Source: Utricularia gibba
Taxonomy: Eukaryota; Plantae; Magnoliophyta
Reading direction: 5' to 3'
NCBI GenBank assembly: GCA_002189035.1
Contig: NEEC01000002.1
Coordinates: 3,348,001 to 3,412,000, forward strand
DNA: 64,000 bases
Below the pieces are notes generated by a model. That model ran no database searches and was not told the origin of the DNA. It was given only the letters and a program-made list of their open reading frames with translations. The number at the start of each line of letters is the position of its first letter. The first letter of the stretch is position 1. Below, piece by piece: positions 12,428 through 24,400 of the stretch. Position numbers and translations under genes: made by a program.

Positions 12428-15400
12428 TTTGATTAATTCAATGAATGAATGCAAATGAGATCAATGTTTAATTATACTCAATTTTGTTTGATTGTAATAT
12501 TAATGTCATATCAAAATATATTATTTTGAATTAATATAAAATATATTATCTAAATCTATATTATAAGTACATTATAATTATTTCTATAATATATAGAACA
12601 TTAGAAATTATTAAGTGTGTTAGAATGATGGTGCCGAAAATTGACATTATATAACTAGAAGGGTAAAAGGACAAAGTAGGGTCCAAAGACATTAAACCTT
12701 GGTGGAGAATCGGAAGAGTGGTTTAAATCGGCAATCCCATTGTATTAATGGGAGTATCCAAACAAATTGGCCTATGGAGTATAAATCTGTCTACAATAAC
12801 CGACAAAGTGACTACATACTTGAAGGGGATATGAAATGGATAGAGTGAGAACCCAAAGGCTCAAAGAGAATCTAAAAACAGCCAATCTGTGGAAATTTGG
12901 AGTAGGTAGCAGCCATATACCTTATATTCCTCTCCATTTCTCTTAGTAAAACAATTTTTTTCAGTGAACTCCTTCAACTTCGTGGTTTTTTGTAAAGCAT
13001 TTTCCACGTAAAAAATCTTCATCCCCCTTACCACATTCATGCTAATCTGAAAATAAAACCAAGTCAGATAAATTGGTTGAACACCAATTTACCCATCAGA
13101 AATTGGCCACTCATCTTACAACCGATTTCTACCCTTAACATTTTGGCACCCACCGTGAGGCCGATGTAATGCCCCACTCGAGAATCCACAAGCTATTTGC
13201 CGATGTACTGATATGGAAAATCCGAGCACTGACGTTAATGTGGACAACAAGGAAGTGCTTATGTGCAAGGCTAGTCTAACGATGGTAAATTGGAAACAGC
13301 TCAAGGTTTTGATAAAAAAATTTTTTTCAAATATAAAGTCATCATTAGGGTTGAACTCCAATGTACAAGAAGAAACACCGGAAACGACTCCGAGGAGTAG
13401 ATGGGAACCAGTGATGCCAAAGTGCCTAGTAGAGACCGAGACTGATTCAGAGTTTGAGGAAGATCTAATGAAAAGAAAAGGACGTGAGAAAATTATCTAT
13501 GAATGGGGAATGGTTAGGAAGGAAAGCAAAAAGGATGTCCTCAAAAGGATAGAAAGTGAGCTGAAAAATGAATTAGAAGAAATCAGGTTGAGGAAACAAG
13601 AAATCAGCATGTGGACTGACCGAATGATACGGAAATCATGAGGATTTAGGGATGCTGCGATTGATAAGGCTTTCAAGAACAACATTACTGTATTTTGATC
13701 CATTCTCGAATGACTTAATTAAGGAAGAACCAAAGAGGGGATTTTGAATCTAGGATGGTTTCCTGACTTATGATGGAAAGTGAGACCCTATATCCTATGT
13801 GACCGATTTTGATATGAGGATGGTGATGGTACGGCACACTGAAGCCATGAAATGCAAATTGTTTGCTTGTTTGCTCTAAAGAGGAGCAAAAGCGTGGTTT
13901 AAGCAACTAGAACCATGCAATGTGAACTGGTACAAAGAGCTGGTACTGCTTATTGTGACTTGATATATGGTGAATATTGAAACCCGGCCTTCTAAGGTGG
14001 AATTATATTCAATCCGATATGCCACCAAAAGGAAAGATTGAGAAAATTTATTGACTAGTTCAATTGCATGGCATAGGACATCTAATTGGATTGAAAGGAG
14101 AGAGTTGAGTTAATAAAGCAAGCTCTGGGTACTTTCAAGCTGTGGCAGAGTTTGTCGAAATCCCCTTCGAGAAATTTTGAGGAACTGCTAAGAAAGATCA
14201 TAAAATACATTCAAGTTGATGATCATTTGAGGCTTGAAGGAAGAAATCAGATCAGCATGTTGTTGGTCCTACATTGCAATGAGAGAACAAGTCGGATATT
14301 AAGGGAAAACAAGCATCATGAAGTTTATCAAGTGGAGCCTATAAAGGTAAACACTCATTGTGAGATCCATAAAATGGTAGGGCACGATATTGCAAGCTAT
14401 AAGAATGATTGAGCAATATCACACCCAAGTAGCACAAAGTGGTGTAATTCAGAATTCGGAAGCCCGATCTGGGCAAAAGCGAGGACGTAATGATCATTCA
14501 GGTGCTGAAGGAGGAAACCAATAACCAAAGTTCCACAGAAACCCCAGGAAAAAAGGCACCACAACCGTAGAGAACCGGTAATAGAGAAGGAGTGAAGTAA
14601 ACTAGAAAGTTAGCAAGATGACAATCATGTACAAAATAGTACTCCCTATATTCGGGAAATTTATTTGTTATCAAAGGAACGAAGATTAATGAGTCGAGAA
14701 AGTCTAGGAAGAGATATTTTGATGAAGCATGTTGAGAAGAATTCTTTGAGATGGAAAGAATTTGGCCTGAAAGATCCATTTGAGAGCAAAAAAAATTTGC
14801 TTTGGCAAGGGAGATGTTTCAATTGGGCCTGCAATCTAGAATGAACCTCTGGTGATAGCTGAGATCTGTTGAAATACAAAGGTCAAAAGGATTCTTGTTA
14901 ATGAAGGATCCTCCTACCAAATAATGAGGAGAAAAGTTGCCGAGTTGTTGAAATCTTCCAAGGAATAGATTCATTGAATTAGCATGAAGTTATACACCTT
15001 TGATCAAACGGTTCAAATAGTTGGAAAAATAACACATACGGTGCTACTGGACGAAGCCAAATCTAAAGACTAGAGCTCTCAATTTTGGATTCATAAGTCT
15101 CCTATAACATTATTCTCGGCCACTCGGGGATTAATCAATTTGGCATGATCCCTTCAACTATACATTTTAAAATCAAATTCCTAATTTCAAGGGGAACTTG
15201 CACCTTGCGAATATCCATGCTCCAAGAAACCCACAATGATGATGGTGGAGAAGCTGCATAAGGAGCCATCTAGGCAGCCTATGAGATAGGTAGAATACAA
15301 TAAGCTGCAACTTTTGCCTAAAAATTCACCTAAAATAATTGAATCGGCATGGGCATGGATGTCAAATTTGAAGGGAAGTTGATTGAATTGTTAAAAAGGA

Positions 15401-16649
15401 ATACTGATATTTTTGTTGGACTCTTGCAGTTTTTGTTGGGATTAAGTGCTCTGTCACAAAATATCACATTAATACCTATCCAAGAGCTCGTCTAATTTGG
15501 CAATAGCAAAGGCATTTCTTGAAAGAAAAATACCAAATAATTAAGAAAAAGACTCAAACTTTTGGATGGTGGTTATGTGCAAGAGATCCAGTATTCAGAA
15601 TGGGTGGTCAATCTTATCATCATACCGAAGCCAGGAGAGAAGTGGAGAATGTGTGTGACTTCATTGATCTCAAAGCCTGTTGTGATTGAGGGAATGAAAA
15701 TGGCAAGGGAAATTGACATCATAGAGTTTGACATTCAAACCAATTCTCGATTAGTGAAGGGACAAGTGTGGAGAATTTGATACTCAAAACTGATTGATGG
15801 CACTATATTGTGGCAAGATGAAAGAACTGGCAAGATCATTCAAAGAATTTACATTGACTCATGTTGCTCAGGCATAGAATATATCGGTCGACAGCTTGGC
15901 CTGATTCGCAGCTTCTAGGAACTTAAAGAAGGCAATGTGATAATCCGGCTTTGAGATCAGCCCTCTGTAGTACTGCAAGCCATTAATCATATATGTCATC
16001 AATCAACAAAAGATGTCTTTCCCAATTGAGCTTTCCTATGGACTGGATGGATTCATATATTAGGTTCTTTTAGATAGGGAAAAAAATCGGTCGATAAGCT
16101 AGAGACTCAAAAACTCGAAACTCAATCCAAATGATATGTTATAGTCAATGGAGCCCTATATAAGAAAGTCCCTTGTTGTAATGTCATGAGAAGAAATAAT
16201 TCCAAGAGCTCATCACCGATTAATATGAGGGTGAATGCAAAAACCATATCGATACCCGATCTCTATGCCGTAAAATATTAAGGAGTGGATATTACTAGCC
16301 CACTATGAAGTGGACATCACCGATTTGACAAGCTCAACTAACTACTCTTGGTGCAATGACTCTAGATTACGAGTTTCGGCTTCCAACTCAAAGTTCTGCT
16401 CCATAGTACGGCGAGCAGCTGATTCCAACCGAGCCTTAAGATTATCTTTTTCAAGCAGGGAAGTCTATGTTGCTTTCTCCAATTCGACTACCATGGTCTC
16501 AAGCTCTCCTTCACTGCAGCTGTGCTTACGTTGAATGGCCTTCATAGAACCCTCCTCATCCCTCAGGGCCTTGATTTTGGACTCCTTAGTCATAATTACG
16601 ACATGGCATTACTCCAATCTAGCGTGGAGATCCAATATATGGGTAGAAA

Positions 16650-17218
16650 TGTTGAAATTCAAGATCTGATAGATCGGACGAGTGCAGACGTAAAGCCCAA
16701 GTATATAATACACATGGATTACATTAGTAAAGATTATGCCCAACTAATTACTAATTATCCACAATTTATTATATATTTGACTATTACACTTTTCATTTTT
16801 CGATGTGGGATTATATATTCTAACACTTGCCCTCAAGTCAAATTGGTTTTCGATCCGATTAAGACTTGTGTTTTTTTTGTGTGTATGATTGTAGATATTG
16901 CTTGAGTCATAAGTCAATTTAATTTTTTGTCACTTAAGTCCAATGCATCTCCTTATTTTTTTTTTTGTTAATCGAACCTCAAACTAATACGAAACCCATC
17001 TTGGCCACCCAAGCCATGGTGCAAGGCAAAATGCTCTGATGTCATGTTGAAATTCAGGATTTGATGGGTTAGGCGAGCCACACGTGAAATCCAAATACAC
17101 AAAAAACATGAATTACAATAGAAAAGATTAAGTCCAACCAATTACTTATGATCTATAGTTTCTTATATATTTAACTATTTCATTTTCATTTTCCGATGTG
17201 AGATTACGTATTCTAACA
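16650..17218 (-). mobile_element. TRIM (terminal-repeat retrotransposon in miniature)
   Basis: Two ~175-bp direct repeats with TG..CA ends (16650-16825, 17045-17218) around a ~220-bp non-coding core. On the minus strand, a degenerate Met PBS TGACATCAGAGC follows the 5' LTR and the purine tract TGAGGGCAAG precedes the 3' LTR. TSD AGAAA/ATAAA. Confidence 0.88.
16769..16811 (-). promoter_or_regulatory. snRNA-type USE (ATCCCACATCG) plus TATATAA 25 nt downstream, in the TRIM 3' LTR
   Basis: Exact match to the plant USE consensus RTCCCACATCG. The 5' LTR has ATCTCACATCG, 24 nt, then TATATAAG (~17163-17204). Function untested. Confidence 0.55.
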
Positions 17219-18034
17219 ATAAATAGACTCATTCTACTGAGCAATCTGCCACTCGTGGAGTAAGCCCTGAAATAACAGCCATATATCGGGTTTAGGAATG
17301 GCAAAGAAACCCTCAAATTTGAGGATGAAATGGGATCGTACCTGCTAGAGATCGTCGAGTATACCGCAGGACGGGAATTGTGGAGAGCAAAAGACAGAAC
17401 TCTCAAGCATCTCTTGTAACTCGATGGGAACCTCGGTCGGTGGAGTCGAGAAACCTTCGACGGAAGTAGAAGGCATATCCAGACTGGAAATTGGCTCGTA
17501 GGCTATAAAGCACGGGTATGGGTGCATCATCAGTATGGATACAAGTATGGAGATATAGATATAAAAAATTTAAAAGTATTCTATTAGATTATGGCTAGAA
17601 TAAGTTTATTTAAAATTTATTATTTTATTAATATAAAAAACAAATTTTTATTAGTGATAATTGATAATAACCCAAAATTATTATTAGAAAAGAGTATCAA
17701 TTCAATCGTCAAAGGAGGACAAAACCCAATACGCCAATGCAAAAAACATAAGTATCGGTGCTTTGAAGATAATAAGCCCCTATTTTAAAGTCAAGGACAC
17801 ACTAGGCTTTCGTAAGGATTAGTGTTCTTACAAAGTCCTTTTATTGCACAACGAAGCTGGATCAAGCAAACACAAAACAATGCTTATTTACATTTGCTGG
17901 TTATGGAGTTTCTGATTTAAATTAAAGAAGAAACGCCGATGTGGGCTGGCTTGTTATATTCAACTTTTTGTCATCACAATAAAAAAATAAAGTGATTTCT
18001 TTTTGCTGATAAAAAAAGAAGAAAAGAAATGCAT

Positions 18035-18130
18035 GTCTCTTGGTGCACATTAGATAAAATCAGAACAATATACAAAAGATTAGCATGGCCCAAGTGTAAG
18101 GCTGAAACTCATAACGATCAAATTGTTTTT
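18035..18130 (+). pseudogene. U6: U6 snRNA pseudogene
   Basis: GTCTCTT...GATAAAAT.AGAAC.ATA...AAGATTAGCATGGCCC...AAGG.TGA.AC.CATAA...T-run aligns with plant U6. The essential ACAGAGA box is mutated. Confidence 0.85.
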
Positions 18131-19400
18131 AAGAGAAAGGGATCTCTTGATTTATATTGTTTGGCTTTGTGCGATAAAAACCCCAAAAACCGAAGGATCA
18201 TAACTTGAGGGATTAGACAACCCATTTTTTTCTATTCAAAGTCATATGTGAACTCAACTGCCCTCCTAGGGCGTGTGGTCTAAATGACTTGTTCCAGTGT
18301 TTTATGTGGGTGTTCTGTCTTCTAAATTTTTTAAAGTTATTCAGTTTTATTTTTTAAGATTTTAATTTTTAATTATTTTATAATAAAATCATAAATTCAG
18401 ATTTTATGATAAACGTTAAAAATTATTGAATTTCTTGAATCTATGTTTCAAAGATTAAATAAGAGATTAATTAAATAATTATACTATTCATTTTTTATTT
18501 ATTCTAAAAATACATTTATATCATAATACTAAATTACAATAATTTAATATAATCAACTTTACAATATATATTTTATTAAATTTTATGTTATTTACAAAAC
18601 ATTTTTGCAATTTCAAACTGATTTTATTCATAAAATCTCAAAATTAATTCTATTCTATATAATATGAATCCAAAATTTTAAAAACAGAAGAGGACCTATA
18701 ATTGGGGATTGAATTAGTTTAGTTTTTTATTCATTTCGAATTTATAATTCGTTATTAGAACATTTAGAAATATAAATTTTAATAGTTTTATAATAAATTA
18801 GATTCCATTCAATATATTATACAAAAAGTTTAATACAAAATTAAAAGTAAATTCAATAGGATTTTAGGATTTTAAAACATTGGACTTATCCTTCCACAGT
18901 TAAAATAGAGATTAGAGCTTTAGAGGTCTACTTCCTGGCAGCTTGTCTAAAGATTAAAATAGCATGCCGTGCTAATTTAGATGTACGGACACTGCCCCAT
19001 CGTTGTCTCTCTCACATTTCATCTCCCTGGCTTCCAGGGCATGGATTTGATGTTTCTGGTTGCTTCAACCCGAGTGAGGTCACACAATTGCATGCATGTT
19101 AGGGCACCTTTTACAGTGCAATTCTAGTGAGGGAGGAATGCCCGTTACTCAAAGAGGCAACTTATGTACTGCTGTATTTTAAATTTTGTATGTGAATAAA
19201 ATAACTAACGAAGAAGGAAGGGGTCCATTAATTCCAAGTCAATTCCACTGGGGCGGGGGTGATGCTTATCCGTATTGGTATTAACTATTACCATTGCCTT
19301 TGCCTGGAGGGCAACTCCGTGTAGAAGATGCTTAAACTTTGCATAAAAATAGGGGCTTCTGGTTTGCAATGTGTCACAACACAAAAAGAAAAAGGCAGAG

Positions 19401-19751
19401 ATGGCTCATGCGAACCCTCTCCTCTCCATGGCATTCTTGTTGGGAGCTGCCATCGCCCTGTTTCTTGCAACCGGCAGGGTTGCCGGATACGGTCTCGTCG
19501 TGAATGGCTTTCTGTGTTGCACCAACAAAGGCAACTGTGACTCTAATCGAGTGGGGTTGCCCCCACAGAGGGTGGCCCTTCACTGTGCTACAATCAACGG
19601 AGATCAGGTCATAAGTTCGAATGATAGTACACAGGAAGGAAATGTTTTCTTTCAAACGAGTATCCCTGCAAGTGTAAGGGATTTGTCTCCATCTAACGTT
19701 CCTTGCTATCTCACCACTTCGATTCCTGGTCGAGCATGCTCTACATGTTAA
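19401..19751 (+). CDS. Small secreted cysteine-rich protein, phylloplanin / pollen Ole e 1-like (116 aa)
   Basis: Intact intronless ORF with a hydrophobic signal peptide (MAHANPLLSMAFLLGAAIALFLATGRVAG), then G.LCCT..GNC...V.L.C...C.L....C as recalled for phylloplanin-like proteins. TATA-like CATAAAAATA ~55 nt upstream. Confidence 0.6.
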   Translation: MAHANPLLSMAFLLGAAIALFLATGRVAGYGLVVNGFLCCTNKGNCDSNRVGLPPQRVALHCATINGDQVISSNDSTQEGNVFFQTSIPASVRDLSPSNVPCYLTTSIPGRACSTC

Positions 19752-19799
19752 ATTTGAAGGCGTAACTCTTAGGCTTTGCTGCTGAGTGTAGGACTGAAT

Positions 19800-21497
19800 T
19801 GTAAAGGAAAGGTTGAGTGTTATTGAATGAAAGAACCGCAATTACATCAGTGCAGCAGCATTGTCATCAATAGACAACAAAAACACTTCATAACTAACGA
19901 AACGAAATTAGAGATTGACTGCAGCGTAAAAATGGCAATAGACTCCAACTATGTTTGATCACCAACGGTTTCCGTGAGACCAGGGGCAGGTGGACAAGGC
20001 CTTATTTGCAGTGAAAAATGGTTGTACTTAGACATGAGAAGAACGATCAGTATCAGTGACAATCTCCCCTTGATCGTTTTTCCATCAATCATGCCTAGCT
20101 GATTCCTCATATGCTCAAAGTGTACGAGAGCTAATGCTTTAGTGAGGACATCAGCTACTTTTCTTTTGAACTGCAATGCAAGAAACTAAGTTCTTTGTTC
20201 TTTTGTGTATCCCGAATGCAATGATACTTCACTGAAGTATGTTTCGTCCTTCCATGGAAAACATGATTTTTAATCATGGAAATTGCACTCTTGGAGTCAT
20301 AGAATATCAGCGTAGCTGCCTGATTTTTTTTCCAACATCCGTGAGCATTTTTCTCAACCAGCAAGTTTGGTTTCCAGCAAGAGATGCAGCCATGTACTCT
20401 GCTTTAGCAGTGGATTGTGCTATATCCGCTTACTTTTTTGAGTTCCAGCATATACCAGCCGATGCAAGTTTGAACACATAACCAGAAGTACTTCTGAAAT
20501 CCTTGGTTCCAACAAAATCTGAGTCAATGAAACCATATTAATCCTTGCTGCTCTTCTTGTAGTATAAGCCATGAGAAAATGCTCTAGCAATGTATCTCAA
20601 AACTCTTTTTGCACACTGCAAGTGATTTTCCATTGGCTGGTGCATAAACCTAGAGAGAATGCTGGTTACAAACATGATGTCTAGTGTTGGTGAGGAATAT
20701 CAATGACCCGATAATTGATCTGAAAAGCGTTAAATCAACAGCCTTCCCTTCCTTTGCAAAAACTGATTTGTAATTTTGCAATATAGGGAAGTTGACAGCA
20801 GAACATTCTGAATATCCAAACTTCCTTAGCATATTTGTAGAGAATTTGGTCTGTGAGAGAAAAATTCAAGCTTGTAACTGCTCAAATTCCATGCCTAAAA
20901 ACTGATGCATTAGCCCAAGGTCTGACATCTCAAACATGCCTTTCAGAAAACTCTTGAATTTGTTTATTTGAGAGACATTCTCTCCTGTAATCATAATGTC
21001 ATCAACATAAATAGCCGTGATCAAGGATGCCTTGCTATCCTCCAGATATACGAATAATGCTGCATCGTTTTTGCTTTTTTCAAAACCAAAATCCAATAGA
21101 GCCTTTTCAGACGTTCATACCAGGCTTTAGGGGCCTGCTTTAGACCATATAAGGCTTTTAGTAAGAGACATACCTTGTTTCCTGGGATTTCAAATCCAGG
21201 TGGTTGCTTGCAGTAGACTTTTTCCTGTAAATCTCCATTTAAAAAGGCCGACTTGACATCCATCTGATGGACTCTCCAATTCTCTTGTGCAGCTATAGCA
21301 AGTAAGAGTCTAATGATATCAAATCTAGCAACATGGGCAAAGGTATCATAGTAATTGATACCATACTCTTGGGAGTAGTCCTTGACTACCAACCTTGCCT
21401 TACACCTTTGTATAGTTCCATCAGCATTGGTAGAGCATCTTCACCTCTGACTTGTAGGCACCTCAGTATCAGTATCAGTGTCACTGATACTTGTATC
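19800..21497 (-). mobile_element. Ty1/copia 3' portion (RT, RNaseH, PPT, 3' LTR), disabled
   Basis: Motifs [42 protein letters not shown]...HGRTKH and ADVLTKAL. PPT AAGGGGAGAT is followed by TG at 20061. The LTR far end (~19800) is tentative, and the RT N-terminus is missing. Confidence 0.88.
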
Positions 21498-24400
21498 TGT
21501 TGGAATAAGGTGTATTGGAGAAGGGATGCTCTATCCCACATTGCTAGTTGAACACGTGTTCAACTAGTTTATAAGGGAAAGCAACCCAATACCTTTGATG
21601 GACTTGAGAGTAAGTTGGGCCTCGCGCGCATGAAGGGTCTTAATTTGTTAGATTGGGTTGGGCTCCCGGAGGGCCGCGAAACCCAGAAATGGCTATGCGC
21701 AGGGGGGGGGTGCAAATCCACCCCAAAAGCCTCTCGCGTGTGTGTGGCCCGAGCCCACGTTTTGCTCCGTTTTTTGTGTTTACGTGCATGAGGTTTTCTA
21801 CTTGTTTTGTGTTCGATTTACAACAATCTAAAGGATATTCTCGATGGATCCGACCTGTGCCTCTTCGGAAAACCCTAATCCGCTGCTGCCCGTGCCTCCG
21901 GGCCACTCCGACACCGACGATCCTCCCTGCTACTGAGCTGGTTGCTGTGCCGCCACTACAGGAAAACCCTATTCATCCGGTCCAGAATCCGCTCACCTCT
22001 ATGCCACATGTCACCTCTGGTCTTCGCGATCTGTCCTTGAGTCATCGGTTGTGAGTCGTCAGTTTCCTGATACTGCAAAAATCAACCCTTTGATGGAAAG
22101 AATTTTTTACGCTGGAAAGATCGCATCTTTGAGTTGCTGGATATGCATGGCGTTGCCTGGGCTCTTGATGTTTCCAAACAGGACGCCACTGACTTTGATA
22201 TCCTCGCTGCAGGCTGAGATTGGGCGAACCGGGTATGTCGTCATACCATTATTACCACCCTTGCTGATAGTCTCTTCGATGTGTATGTAATCTACAAGGA
22301 TGCTGCCTCCATATGGAGATCGATGACTGCCAAGTACACTGCAGAGGAGGCTGCTACGTCTAGATTTGCAGTCACTAACTTTCTACAGTGGGAGATGACT
22401 GATGACAAGGAGGTGGTTGTCCAGATCAATGAGTTCCATCGCCTCTTGGACAACATGGCTGCTCAGAACATCAAGTTAATTCTAGAGTTCGTTACTGATG
22501 CACTCATCCACAAGCTACCACGAGGATGGGATGACTACAAGGCGAGGATTCGCCAATTTGATCGCAAGATGACTCTAGATCACCTGATCAACCATATAGC
22601 AATTGAAGAGAGGCAGAGGAAAACAGGGAAGAAGCCTGTGAGCCATGATTACCAGGTGAATGTTCTCAAGAAAAAACGAGGTACAAATCTCGCTCCAAAC
22701 CTTCTGATGCTAGTTCTCATATTGTGTTAGCTCCTACTAATGATGGTATCAAAAAGTAAAAGGACCATTGTTTTGTCTGTGGTAAGCTAGGGCACTATGC
22801 AGCACAGTGCAGGCACAGGAAGACTGGCAAACCTACTAGTGAGCTTCCCAAAGCCAATGTTTACATGGCTCAGGGGGATGATAATGATGAGGTGATTGTC
22901 ACCATGTTGGGTTACTTGAACCTAATTGAGGCCAGTGGTGACTGGATCATGGACTCTGGAGCAAACCGTCATGTTTGCTCAAGGAAGGAGTACTTCTCCT
23001 CATATAGTTCACTTGGGGGTGACAATCACGTGATCAAGTTTGCTGACAAGTCTACTACTCCAGTGCCTGGAAAGGGAGAAGTCACCCTGAAGTTCACCTC
23101 AGGGAAGACTGTCCTTCTGAGAGATGTGCTGCATGCTCCTGCCATAAAGACCAATGTCATCTCAGCTATCCAGATGGATAAGTGTGGCCTAAATATCAAC
23201 TTAGGCAATGGGGCTGCTGTGGTGATGAAGAACAATGTCTTTGTTGGGAAAGGATACATTGGTTGTCAGGAGCTATATGTAATGAATGCTACTGTTATTT
23301 CTGAGAATAAAGTTGATTCTGCTTACATGATGTGTTCTTTTGATATCTAGCATGCTAAACTAGGTCATGTGAATTATGCCTACATGAAAAGGATGCAGCA
23401 ATTAGATTTGATTCCTAGATTGCATGAGCTACCTACTAAGTGTGAGACTTGTGTAGAGGCAAAGATTACTAAGAAATCATGCTTTTCTGTGACTAGAGAA
23501 TCTAAGTTGTTTGCATTGATTCATTCAGACATATGTGATTATAAGATGTGTGTATCTAGAGGTGGCAATAAGTTTATGGTTACTTTCATTGATGATTGTT
23601 CTAGATATACTCGTGTGTATTTGCTGAGACATAAATCTGAAGCGCTTGATAAGTTTCTGCTATTTAAAGCTGAGGCAGAAAACCAACTTGACAAGAAGAT
23701 AACGAGAGTCAGATCTGATAGAGGGGGTGAGTAAGTATTATTCAAGGACTTTTGTGAGAAGTATGGAATAATACACGAGACTACTCCTCCCTACTCTGAG
23801 TCAAATGGAGTTGTTGAGAGGAAGAATAGGACATTGAAAGAAATGATGAATTCAATGCTTATTACTTATGGCACTTCAGATGAAATGTGGGGGGAAGCGA
23901 TTCTCACTGCTTGTCATGTTCAGAACAGGATCTCACATAAGAAAACAGGCAAAACTCCATATGAGATATGGAAAGACTATGCACCAAACCTTAAGTATTT
24001 AAGGGTGTGGGGGTGCTTAGCAAAAGTGATGTTGCCTGATCCTAAGAAAAGGAAGATTGGGTCCAAGACATCTGATTGTCTGTTTATTGGATATGCATAG
24101 GGGAGTGCTACATATCGATTCCTTGTGATCAAGAGTGATGCCCTTGATTAGCATACAATAGTGGAAACAAAGAATGCTTAATTCTTTGAGCACATCTTTC
24201 CTCTAGCAGGAAAACACCAAGATGATGGTGATGAGACATCTACCACGGAACCTGCTGAAACTAGTGAACCCTTGGAGGAAGTGCCTCTGATACGAAGCAA
24301 AAGGCAGAGGACAGAGTCTAGCTTCGGCGATGACTTCTATGTGTATCTCACTAGTGGAGATCCTCTGACCTACCATGATGCGATTACTTCCCTAGATGCT

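Larger units (their letters stand above)
12626..17560 (+). mobile_element. Degenerate, internally deleted Tat-type Ty3/gypsy retrotransposon (5' LTR 12626-13140, gag, PR, RT and RNaseH fragments, INT start, antisense extra ORF)
   Basis: TG..CA LTR followed by PBS TGGCACCCACCGTGAGG (tRNA-Arg type). Motifs: gag RNFEELLRKIIKYI, protease VKRILVNEGSS, RT YSEWVVNLIIIPKPGEKWRMCV, RNaseH IQTNSRLVKGQV, integrase KILRSGYY*PTM. Confidence 0.88.

Noticed and set aside
17937-17947. Inverted USE-like AGCCCACATCG upstream of the U6 copy
   Set aside because: It is on the wrong strand for U6, has no TATA at snRNA spacing, and no recognisable RNA follows it.
19374-19841. 155-aa minus-strand ORF
   Set aside because: It is the antisense shadow of the signal-peptide ORF, starts in the copia LTR, and has no motifs.
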